DNA of 64,000 nt from Callorhinchus milii. Lineage: Eukaryota. The position numbers were made by a program, and so were the translations under genes. Shown here piece by piece: positions 40,381-51,384 of the stretch. The notes under the pieces are model-generated. The model ran no database searches. It saw nothing but the letters and a program-made list of their open reading frames with translations, and was not told the DNA's origin. Every line of letters begins with the position of its first letter. Within the stretch, counting starts at the first letter, position 1. The stretch covers positions 80,974,001 through 81,038,000 of the forward strand of contig NW_024704742.1 in the NCBI RefSeq assembly GCF_018977255.1. The letters run 5' to 3'.

Positions 40381-41730
40381 AGTCACCAGAGCAGTCTTCC
40401 AACTGATCTGAGGGTCCAAGATGGATCATGTCCACAGAGACACGATGCACAAAACCCTGGAAAAGGGGGAAAAGGGATCCCTAACATAGCCCTGATCTTC
40501 ATGGCCATCTTTGTGTGTAGCTGCTTGAGGCTGTTCCTGGAGCCCTGCTACGTCAACAACAAATGCCTCTACGTGCTGGGTTTCTACCTGTACCCAGTGC
40601 TAAGAAAGGAGGCAGAAATGCCTCAAAACTTTCAATAAAGTTGGAGCGTGCCAAACCACCTATCTTATATTGAGTAATTCCTGATTAACACCATCCCAGA
40701 CCCCCGCGCAATCACCGAGTGGTCCGCTTAGCAGGTAGTCAAAACAGTTTGAAAGGGGAAAAGGGCAGACCCAATCGGGATATACACTGCGGCGATGGGC
40801 AGCTACATCTGGCAAAATGCCTTGTCACCGGCCCTGACCAACAACCATCAGGACATGTCCCGGCTGGTGATAAAAGGGGCCCCTCCTCCTCAGGACTTTC
40901 ATGCACAATCGAGGTCTGGGCCAGTTAGCACGTTGCCGGCTACAGAGGATAGGAGACCGTGCACCATCTCCTCCTGGAGTGTTGGTTCAGAAAGACCGTT
41001 TGGAAAAAGATGGAATGGATTCTCTCGCGGTTCATCCCTGGGGACCTGCTGTTATGGCATTCGGTGCTGTACAGCCTGCTCCCGGGCTCTCGCAGAGAAA
41101 CCCACATCGAGTGTGCCTGGAGGATCATAAACTCGTTAAAGGAGACCCTTTGGTACTCCCGAAACCAGATGTTCTTCTGGGGGAACGAGGGGACGGTGAG
41201 CGCCTGCCTCAGCCTCGCGCACGCTAGGATCAGGGACTATATACTGAGGAACAAGTTAAAGTTCAGCTCAACCACAGCAAAGGCCAGATGGGGCCTGACC
41301 CTGGCAGGAGCTGTTCTGGCTCAAACTGCGCACCCACCAGGTAGCCCACGAGCTCACCCAAAACTGACTGAAGTAAATGTAAGGGTGCAGAAGGATGCTC
41401 AAGATATAACCAAACAGCATCCTGAAAACGTATGCAAGGTAAACATGTGCGTGAATGGTGCACATCCGAAAGTGGCAAGTGCGCCTTATTAGGGTGTGCA
41501 CGGGCACGCACATGGATGTGGTGGACACAGGGGCGACTCCCGACTGTGTTAAAGGGAGCGATCCCGAAAAACCTGTGCACAACGTGTGGTGAAGGAATGT
41601 ACTGTAAACCACTGAATGTTTTTTGTATCGGGAGAAAAGGAAAAAATTGTAACAGAAGATGTTGTGTTTGTTTTGGATTTCTGTTGTACTAACTATTATA
41701 TTTATAAATAAATATATTTTTCAAAAAAAA
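40381..41730 (+). mobile_element. Tx1-clade non-LTR retrotransposon, 5'-truncated (ORF2 C-terminal/zf-RVT region, 3' UTR, poly(A))
   Basis: GSKMDHVHRDTMHK...GGKGIPNIALI, IWQNALSPALTNNHQD, HLLLECWFRKTVW, WRIINSLKETLWYSRN and AKARWG; AATAAA plus A-tail; ~20-bp TSD at 40361-40380 and 41731-41750. Confidence 0.9.
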
Positions 41731-42069
41731 ACATGAGACTACTTTACTGCCTTCGACGCTATCCATTGCATCCAAAGGCCCAAATGCAGAATGAATCTTT
41801 GCTAAAGTCAGAGCTGTTCAAATATGTATGAGGAAGTAATGACTAGCCGCCTGGCACCTCAGTGCAAATCCCCAACCTGTATGTGCTCACAGCAATTATA
41901 CAGGCATAAATGTGCTGAGGTCCATTACAGTTGCCTCTGCCTTGCAATGCTGCTGTGGTGACATTTTATTTTATTTCCTTGATTACTCCTCCATACTGTT
42001 TGCTGATATTAAAATAAAACAGTCCAAGAGCGAGAGACAAATATTTTTAAATTCTGCCATTCTCCAGCC

Positions 42070-42657
42070 TCCCTCCCCCAATCGTATACGTCACGTTTCT
42101 GGTCTCTGCCTGAAGGTAGAGGCTACTTTGTCCGTGAATGAAAATTGCCCATTTCTACAGATCACTGACCCACTCTCCCCTGAAAAACGCATCTCCATAG
42201 TAACGACACTCAGTAAACAACTGCACTAAAATCCCCCCCCCGACTATGCCGGCACCATCTGCTACCTCCACATTGTGCAGAGCCGTTAAAATATGTAGGA
42301 TTAAAAAGGAAATGCTCTCTTATTCTGTATGGGAAGGTGGGGTGGCAGGTGGAAGGAGGGGGTGTGGGGGGTAGCCTAGTGTCATTCCCCTATTAGCCCT
42401 GTCTGGTTGCCATAGAGATGTGGTTATCAGCGAGGCGCTGGGCACGGACACCATGAAATCTCTGACAATTTTCACTTCCAGGCCCTTTAAGAATCAACCA
42501 TGACACAAATTGCACACTGATCGCCTGGAAACACTCGATTCTTGAAATGGGGTTGATTTTATTTGTGGGTATTTCTTAATTAAAAGCCATTGAACCAACT
42601 TGCGGGAACACTGTTCTGACTCAAACGATTTTTGAAGCGGGGTTCCCTCAGGTCAGT
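42070..42657 (+). promoter_or_regulatory. Candidate promoter/enhancer with three RFX X-box-like motifs
   Basis: X-box-like ATCTCCATAGTAAC (42191-42204), GTTGCCATAGAGAT (42406-42419) and ATCGCCTGGAAAC (42520-42532). Also CCAAT (42078), TACGTCAC (42087), G-rich KLF/SP-type tracts, local CpG retention, and donor-like CAG|GTCAGT at 42651/42652. Confidence 0.5.
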
Positions 42658-42968
42658 TAGATGACTATGCCAAACATTCAGTTAAAGAAAGGATCTCTTA
42701 ATTAAGAAATCCATTAAGCAATACAGTATCTCAAAACTGGTGCCAATAATTTTAGTTCCTCAGAATTTAATGATGGACCAGCCAGCCTGGCTCATCAGCG
42801 GTACTGGCAAAGTTCCATGTCCAATATTGCAAAACTGCAGGCTAATACAACCAAGACTGCCTAATTCTTATTCTGCACACATTTTTGTATTAAAACCACC
42901 TTCAAACCTTTTTTACTCAAGACGGAAAAATACCCCTCTCCCCCCTGTAGTTCTTCATCTATTGGTGG

Positions 42969-43500
42969 GGCAGAACTAATCCTGGGAGCAGGGATTTTTC
43001 TCACTGAGCTCCTGTTAACCATGTAAAGCCCAAACACAATGGTCCGAGCTGGACAAGCATCAGGAAGCTTCCAGGGCGGTGCTTTCAATGGCAAGCGATG
43101 CAGCGTTTGTTGGTTAGACTCGAGTAGTATCCCAATGCACATTCTGGGGTCTCCAAGCCTTGGCTCTTGTTATCCTCCATTTAATACTGTCCAGAATTAG
43201 GTAGGTGAGGTGTGCCCTCTAGATACAATTTTCCATATGTAGGCGGCACACTTATGTGGAACTCTCAGTCTGGTTTGGATACTCTTAATCACGGTGATGG
43301 ATTTTTGCATCGTCAGGCACCTGGCTGACCAAAAAATAATTAAAATACAAATTATGTAAACAGGGTATATCCCTCTGGGGAGCGAGTGTGCATTCCATTC
43401 CAGACACAAGGAAATTTCAATCTGAAGTTAGCGTACATATGGGGAACTCATATTCTGGTTTGGATACTATTAAGCACAATGATAGGTTTCTGCATGAAAA
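42969..43500 (+). mobile_element. Unclassified poly(A) retroposon, copy D, followed by a second partial 3' copy
   Basis: 42969-43336 ends GTCAG-GCACCTGG-CTGAC-C-AAAAAA; ~43370-43500 repeats CTGGTTTGGATACT...GGTTTCTGCATG. Confidence 0.72.
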
Positions 43501-44162
43501 GAACAAAATAAATTACAAAACAGGATACAACAACAACAACAAAATTATATTTGTATACAAGACATAGATAGTGCTTGATACAGAGAAATGAGGATTAAGT
43601 TATGATATACACAAACACACTGACGCAGCTCAGTTTGCTTATTTCAAAAACAAACTGAAGCTTCAAAAATTTCAAACATATTCCAGCATTGATTCAGAGA
43701 TAGTCTTACTCTGAGATCTAATGTGAAAATCTCGCTCCGAAAAACATGTTCATATTTAATTCATTCCCATCTTTTTTAAATTTTAATTAGATTTTGTTTC
43801 ATTCCCCTAATAACCCATCATTTACTTCTTATTTCAATAAATCAATTTAGCGGCCCTAAAGCAAAGAGGTAAATTCAGATTCAATTGATCAGTTTCTATG
43901 CTAACAAAAACTAAGAGTTCTCCTGGTGCAACTCCATTCTCACATGTAAGAACAGCTTTAGAATGAATAAATAATAAGCCTAGTGTAACTGAATAAAGCC
44001 AAAACTTGAAGAAGATCAATGCTGAATCACACTTTGTTCACTGAACCGTAACAGTTAATAGGCCAGGAACAGTGCATATCATCTGTGGACAGAGGGGTCT
44101 TAATGGGCCAAATACAGTAGTTTATCTCACTCAATCCTTTCCTATATCGTCATATGTTCACG

Positions 44163-44530
44163 TGAGCCTGACTCAGTTAGTTGCTCTCTCACCTCTGAGT
44201 TAGAAGGTCGTGGGTTCAAACCTCACATTGGGATTTGGAACTCGTATAGTCTAACATTTTGGGGGTGCAATTCTTTGGATTAGATGTTAAACCAAGGACC
44301 TGTCTGCCTGTTCAGGTGGATGTTACAGAGGCCATGGTGTTCAAAAAGAGAAGTATGTCCCCGGGCCAACAATTCCCCAAAATAAAATTGGTCATTCATT
44401 TCATGGCTGTTTGTGGAACATTACTGTGTGCAGATTCACCCACAAAAAAACACATAGTCACTACACTTTACAGTATATTCTGGGAAGCTCTTTGGGACAT
44501 CCTCCTAACGTGAAAGGCACTGTACCAAAA
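44163..44530 (+). mobile_element. Deu-domain SINE, internally deleted
   Basis: AGCCTGACTCAGTTAG...CTCTGAGTTAGAAGGTCGTGGGTTCAAA head; GTTAAACCAAGG core; L2 tail. Confidence 0.8.
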
Positions 44531-45056
44531 AAGGCACAATACTTCAATACCTGATATACTTGCAACCATATCATTGATTTCTGAATGCATTGATTCATAT
44601 TCTTATTATTTTATTTAATAAAGCACTTTGTATCTGTCCCCACATTTGTCCACAAATTACACAGTCACTTAATTGTGAAACTTTTTGAGACATCTTCCTG
44701 AAATGAAATACAGTATACCAAATATAAAGATTATTAGGCTTATTTCAATGTAATAGTGTTTGAGCTATAGTATTGCCAGTCCACTGAGCCTGAACTTCAC
44801 TGGAAATGATGATTCAGAAGAAATTCAGTTAAAATGAACTGCGTTTAAAAACCCCAGTAAGAAACATATACAAACTATTGTTATTTTGAAGAACTCCCAT
44901 AAATAATATTTTGTTGAGAAGATTGGGTGTTTTTGATAGATTCAATTGATTTTAGATTGAGGTTTGTCATGCTGACTGTGAGTAGTTCATTCAAAATATA
45001 GTTTTCTACATCTTATTGGTGACCTAAATGGTTCTTATGAGACTTCTCCATTTCAG

Positions 45057-45135
45057 CTGGAAAGATCAACCCTGTCATACGTCACTTCTTTCCCCTCCTT
45101 TCCAATGGTTTCCCCAGAAGAAATGGATTCCTAAG
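45057..45135 (+). other. Candidate internal exon (79 nt), coding status unknown
   Basis: Acceptor cttctccatttcag| and donor AAG|gtacgt in unique sequence. Two frames are open (WKDQPCHTSLLSPPFQWFPQKKWIPK; GKINPVIRHFFPLLSNGFPRRNGFL); I recognise neither. Confidence 0.3.
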
Positions 45136-46502
45136 GTACGTGAGATGAAAAATTAATTTGATGGCAGAATGTGATTGAAAAGCTTGAACATATATTGTAT
45201 GGACTAACAGCTGATTTCTGCTGGACTGCTCTCAGTTGGACTAAAATAATTCCATTCGACTATAGAGGCTTCACTCTTGCATCCAGACATCCAGCCTTTG
45301 ATGGAAAGGGCATTGAAATCATTTTAATACTTTAGCATAATTATATTGGTTATAAAATTGATGTCTCTTTCACTTTCGTCAGCCTGATGGGAATAAAAGA
45401 AACAATGGGACTATATTGCTACAACAACAACAGCAGCAACAAAATTACATTTGGAGAGCGCCTATCACGTAGGGAGGATGTCCCAAAGCACTGAACAGGG
45501 TGTCAGGAAAAAGTTCAGCACAATTTAATAGAAAATATTCTAACACACTGTATTATACCTACATTCTAATGTATTTTTCTATATAAAATAATATGCTATA
45601 ATGAATTTTTAATGATTAATATCTGGTTGATAGCATTAGTTTACCAAAATGTAATTGGAAAAATAACGTGCTTTTGACAAAGGGCTTTATCACATTGAAA
45701 TATCTCAACATGCTTTGCAGAGTTTTTCTGTTAAGTGAAATGACAGTATTTTAGGTGAATATGGCAGCTAATTTGTGCACAGCGATGTCCCACAAATAAT
45801 ACATTGTTACCACAATTGGCAAATGCAGTGAATGTACTGCTCTTCAGAATTTGGATTACAATTTTATTTTGCTTCAATCTGTTGAGAATTTTTTTTATTT
45901 AGCAATATTTACTCTGCTTTGCTTTCTGCTGTAATTTCATGATCCTGTTTCACAGTTTAGGGAACCAGTAAATTACTCATCAGTCAAGCCCACCAGCCTG
46001 AAATATATTGTGATGTAGCTTGATCATTGGAAAATATTGAATGTAGCAGAGGTGGATACGGGCAGCAAGCAGAAAATGTTAGGGGCATCCATTATATTAC
46101 TGATATTAATGAACCTTAATTTAGATATTGCACCTTTTGCATCAAGATGAAGTCTCAAAGCATTTCACAGGATTCACTGTAAAGTAGTGGCTGCGTCTTT
46201 TGCAGGAAAACGCGGCAGTAAATTTTGTGGATGGCATTATTCCAAAAACTCTGAATGGGTTGACTCTCTGACTACTCAGTGAATGGGATCCATCCTGCAA
46301 ACATATTAGATCCCAATTTGATCTATGAACAACCACATTACAATGAGGCTGCACTATCAGTACTGCCAATGCTGTGAAGTGTAATGACTGTTTTTGTAGG
46401 CAAACACAAATTTGCACAATTTTGCACAAACAACATCAAAAGGATTAAATGATTTATCTGGGGGATTAGTGACCAGGACCCTGGCGTAATTCCCACTGGA
46501 TT

Positions 46503-46820
46503 TAATAATAATAATCCTTGCATTTGATATAGCGCTTTTCACGTCGGGAGGACGTCCCAAAGCGCTTCACAGAATATACTGTAATGTGAATTGACTGTAT
46601 ATTTGTGGGCGAACGCGGCAGCCAATTGCGCATAGCAATGTCCCACAAACAGTCGTAGATTGAAAATGACCAACTTATTATTGTTTTTGGTTTTGGAGGG
46701 ATTATTATTAGGCTCTGCGTGGAGTAAGGAAACTTGCCCAAGGTTTCGCCCTCTGCCTGGAATTGAACTCAGGTCTCTCGCTTGCAAAGCGAGTGCTCTA
46801 ACTACTGAGCTACAGGACAC
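46503..46820 (-). mobile_element. tRNA-Ala-headed SINE, short young variant, nested in an older Deu-domain SINE
   Basis: Near-identical to the 32255 copy. The left flank (gaccaggaccctggcgtaattcccact) and right flank (tttcggatagtgccatgggatcttt) are adjacent parts of the Deu-SINE consensus. Confidence 0.92.
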
Positions 46821-47439
46821 CGATAGTGGTTTTCGGATAGTGCCATGGGATCTTTTGGGTCCAGCTGAAATACGCAGTGGTAGCCGTGTGACCAAGGCTC
46901 AATTGTATGATCTGGATCACTTTTTGTTAAGAATTCTTTACTATGATTATAATTCACCAAATGAAGAGGTACTGATAAAGTCTCATCTTTTGGGATATCT
47001 GTGGTTACCTACAGGACATGGATGGTTTCTTACAGCAGAGACAGTAGTAAATGCACCTGACTGAGCAACCATTGATTTACCGCTCCGTGACTAACGCTTT
47101 CATGGCGACAAAGCTTAGAGCGTGATATAATTTAATAGCACGAGTCAGATAACTTTATTTATGTGATCTAATAGGGTTCTTGCGCAGCTCATTGACTGTG
47201 AATTTATTCTTTTATTAACTGAGAAGTGAAAAACTGCCATGCCATAATGTCAGATCTTTCATATTGCATTACTACAGTCAAGAAGAATATCACAGTTGAT
47301 TTCTCTCACAGTCAAACAGTGTGTATGGCCTTTAATCCTGCTTTGTCTCTGAGAAGTGAGAAGTAGATAACAACACTCCACCATTCTATCTCTCCCACCC
47401 TCCACTGACCATCTTTCAAGGTGGGTATGTCACCCAGCC

Positions 47440-47580
47440 CTGGGGTTCTGACGAAAGGTCATTGGCCTGAAATGTTAGCTCGCTTTCCTCTCTCCATAGA
47501 TGCTGCCTGACCTGCTGAGTACTCCCAGCGACTTCAGTTTTTCTTTCAGATTTCCAGCATCTACAGTATTTTGCCTTTTG
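47440..47580 (+). mobile_element. Penelope-like element terminal-repeat fragment
   Basis: GTTCTGACGAAAGGTCATTGGCCTGAAATGTT...AGATGCTGCCTGACCTGCTGAG...TTTCCAGCATCT; a second copy is inverted at 59272-59423. Confidence 0.75.
47443..47481 (+). ncRNA. Minimal type I hammerhead ribozyme motif (Penelope type), possibly degenerate
   Basis: Stem I GGGTT/AGCTC; core CTGACGA (47448-47454) plus an extra A; stem II AGGTC-ATT-GGCCT; GAAA (47469-47472); short stem III TGTT in place of CGTH. Confidence 0.65.
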
Positions 47581-47689
47581 TCAATAATCAAATGTTGATT
47601 GTTCTTTAAAAGTCTTTCAAATTTGAAGGATTTTTGATAAAGTTTATGGGGAGAAAATATTTTTGCTGACTGGTCGGTGAAATAGTAAC

Positions 47690-47975
47690 TATAGGACATC
47701 AATTGAAGATAGTTAGTAAATGAGAAAATCGGGCGGTTCAGAGAAATATTTTTATGCATAAAATAGTTAGCATATGGAATGACCTGCCGGGAGTAGTAGT
47801 TGAGACAGAATCCATATTGGCATTCAAAAGGGAACTAAACAAATATCTTAAAAAGAATCAGCTACAGGAGTCCAGGGAAAGGGCAGGTAAATGGGACGGA
47901 AAGAATTTCCCCTTGGAGCCAGCACAGACATGATGGGCCAAATGGTCTTTTTCAATCCTGTAAGTTTGTATGGTT
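47690..47975 (+). mobile_element. CR1 3' fragment
   Basis: TGGAATGACCTGCC...GTAGTTGAGACAGAATCC...TTCAAAAGGGAACTA...GATGGGCCAAATGG...TATGGTTCTATG tail. Confidence 0.8.
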
Positions 47976-48559
47976 CTATGATTTCAGAGGGAAGGGATCA
48001 ACAACTTCATGGTACATTGCAAAGCGCCTCCTGGGGGTGGAGAGGGGAATAAGGGGGGAGCAGGGAGAGAAAATATCTTTATAGAAATGGAGAGAGGAAA
48101 ATATTAAACTATTTGTCACTTTTTGTAGAGAGAGATTAAGATCTATGAATATCATGTATAACGTTAAAAACACTCCTGGGAAACTCGGCTTTCTTTTTCA
48201 GCTTCCAATTGCATTTATTCATTTATTTATCTGACCTTTTAGGTCCTGTCTTGCCATTCTTTTGCTGCCAATTCAGGCAGTGGATTCTGTTGATGGATGC
48301 GAGGAGGGAGTACATGCTTCCATGACCATTGACTTCTCCCCTCACCCTCTCGCACTCCCCCGTCCACTGGTCAGCTCAGTGCCTTCCCCCAGCTGGGTTC
48401 CAAATCCCTGACTGTTCAGCACCTTGGGATATCCTCCTGACGTAAAATACACCATACTAATATAATTTTGTATTGTAATACCTTCCCAACTCTTTACCTT
48501 CTCGTCATGTCCATCAGTACGATATTCTGTTTCATCCATTGCAACAGGCACCAAGGTCC

Positions 48560-48915
48560 AAGTTAACCCTGCAATACAGTGCTGGGGGAACACCTGAGTG
48601 AATCATTGTCTGAGATACTGCCCTTCTGATAAGGTATTAAACCATGTTCCTATCTGTCTGTTTAGATGGACATTAAAAATCCCATAGCACTGCTCGAAAC
48701 GAGAAGGTGATTTCTCCCAGTGTCCTTGCCAACAATGCCTTAGATGATAAAATTGATCATTCATTTCATCGCTGTTTGAGGGATATTGCTGTACACAAAC
48801 TGGTTGTTGTGTTTTCCAAGAAGTACCCAATTACTTTACAATATACCCTGTGAAGTGCTATGACATGCGCTCCAAACATGAATGGCACCATTATCAAGTG
48901 CAGGGATTATTATTA
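48560..48915 (+). mobile_element. Deu-domain SINE without a head
   Basis: TTAAAAATCCCATAGCACT, GTGTCCTTGCCAAC and GGGATATTGCTGTACACAAACTGG; tail GCAGGGATTATTATT. Confidence 0.75.
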
Positions 48916-49234
48916 ATTATTATCATTGCCATCGCGGTCGCCATTCGTAAATAAAAAACTTATACAGTTGTAGTATACATCTCATTCATAACAACTGTAG
49001 GGGTCACTTGAATACATTGTCAGTATGAGGCAGCAATGCAATTCGTTGAACACAATACGACAGCAGATAGCCCACTATCCACATTAATTGGGATCGCCAT
49101 TGCAAATATTAAAACAATATGGAGAATGCTTCTGTGTTTTTAATGTTTGTTTGAGTGTGTGCTTCTCTCTGCCTCTCTAAATGTATGTGAGTGTGTATAT
49201 CTCTCTTTGCTCTAAACTTGTGCATATTTCTGGA

Positions 49235-49273
49235 TTTAATGAAGCAAGACTGAGTCAGTCTCGCCTCATTAAA
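49235..49273. repeat. 39-bp near-perfect palindrome centred on an AP-1 site
   Basis: TTTAATGAAGCAAGACTGA-G-TCAGTCTCGCCTCATTAAA; the arms differ at 2 of 19 positions; TGAGTCA at 49251-49257. Confidence 0.85.
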
Positions 49274-50387
49274 ATTACAATCTTGGACAATATAAATGCC
49301 GAAGCAATTAAAAGTATCCTAAAATCATAGCCTGAATTAACTGGTGCCCCACGAGGTTGGATGGGATACTTAAGACCATTATCTTAAAATTTAGTAATGT
49401 ACGAAATTTTGGAAAACAGTCATAAATTCAGTTTTATTTGGTAAGCTGCCTGTCTACAGAACTGAAATTAAAAAAAATGCAGTAAACTGACTTCTAAATT
49501 TAGCCTGAATTTAAACCAATTTTTTGCACATTCACACAATCTCAAAATGTAAGAGAATGGTTTCAAGCCTGCTTACAATTCTCATAGAGCATGAAAGTCA
49601 ATGTGTGCTCTGAGTTCAGTTTTTAGTTTAGGAGCATGAGAAATGTCAGGCCCAAGAACAATTAAATACAGTATCCCTTCGAAGGCAAGCTTTGATTTTA
49701 AACACACACACAAACACACAGAATACACACAGATATACAAACACATGGGGCAGAGCTGGGATTTAGTAATAAATAATAATAAAATAGTCCTTGTATTTGA
49801 TATAGCGCCTTATCACGTCTTTGAGATATCTCAAAAAGCTTCACAGAAATATACTGCAAAGTGAATTGACTGTATAGTTTGTATATTTACACTGAGATGT
49901 GCTGTTGATATGCTGATAACCACCTGATATCACACGAGGAGCATTCCGTTGGTAATCATGCTACTGTTCCACTTTACATGAGCATGTCTGCATGGTTGCC
50001 GCAGGGAATTCATGTGTGGAGGAAGACAGCAAAGAAAAATCAGCCAGTAGGATGTCAAGCATGTCATTTGGAGAATTTGAATCTCAGCACTGCCTAATAT
50101 TTTTCTTCCAAAAAAAATCACACAGCAAAAGGTAGCAAAAGAGAAGGAAATTGCATCTGAAGATCTATTCACACTACAGAAGATCATAAAAAACACAAAT
50201 CTTCTTGTTATCACTGTTATCCAAGAGTTTATAAATTGTCTGAGTAGCTTAAGTGCTAAATATTTTGTCTCCAACATGTCTGGGAGGGAGAAGAAAATTT
50301 TGACCCTTTCCTAAAATTTGGTAACAATTTGTCTTGTTGGGTCAATTTAAATAAGTTCCAAAGCTGCTGGGTGGAGAATCATAGGAT

Positions 50388-51305
50388 ACAATACAAAATT
50401 ATATTTGTATAGCACCTTTCATGTTGGGAGGACGTCCCAAGGTGCTGGACGGCCAAGTTTGGTGGGGGAGGTTGGTATAAGAGAGGATGGAGGGCAGGGA
50501 AGGTAGGAGCTTGGCCAAAGGAGCAGTTGAAGAGGAGGATCTTGTGATGTGCCTTGAAGGAGGCAGGGGATGGAGTGAGGTGAAGAGAATGTGGGATGGA
50601 GTTCCGAAGGGTGGGGGCAGAGTGGCTGATGGCCCAACCACTGATGGTGGGGCAGGCCAGGCGGGGGATGTACAGCAGACCGGAGCCTTGCTGAGTGGAG
50701 GGTGGGGCAGGTTGATATGGGGATAGCAGGTCACAGAGCAGGAATCGGAAAGGCTGGTAAGGGCCTTGAAGATGAGGACGAGGATTTTGAACTCTGTCCT
50801 CTAAGGGATGGGGAGCCAGTAGAGGCAGGCGAGGGTGGGGGTGATGGAGTCAAGGAGCTTGGTGCAGGAGATAACATGAGATGCAGAGTTCTGGATGATC
50901 TGCAGCTTGTGGAGGGAAGAGTTGGGAAGGCCGACAAGCAGGGACTTGGCATAGTCGAGCCTAGATGTGATGAATACGTGAATGAGGGTTTCAACGGCCT
51001 GAGGGGTGAGGCAGTGGCGGAGTGGAAGAAGGCAGAGTGGGTCATGGCACAGATATGGGGTAGAAAGGACAGTTGAAGGTCAAACAATACGCCAAGTTTG
51101 TGGACTGGCTCACTGAGGTGGAGTGTGTAACCATGGATGGTGATGTTGTCAATGCCTGAGGTGAGGAGGCGCTGACGAGAGCCAATCAGGAGAGCCTCGG
51201 TCTTGTTGATGTTCAACTGAAGAAAGTTAGCTCTCATCCAGGACTTGATGTCTGACAGACATTCTGTCAGAACAGCAGTGGTCCTGGAGTTGATGGTCGA
51301 GGCAA
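50388..51305 (-). mobile_element. L2 LINE 3' fragment
   Basis: MRANFLQLNINKTEALLIG...LGVLFDLQLSFLPHI; 3' stem-loop CAGCACCTTGGGACGTCCTCCCAACATGAAAGGTGCT. Confidence 0.93.
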
Positions 51306-51384
51306 AGTTGAAGTTGTGAGAGATTATTATTTAACAGCAAAGTTACTGTGCAACACCAGGCAGGTACTGGTGCTTGTACCTATG

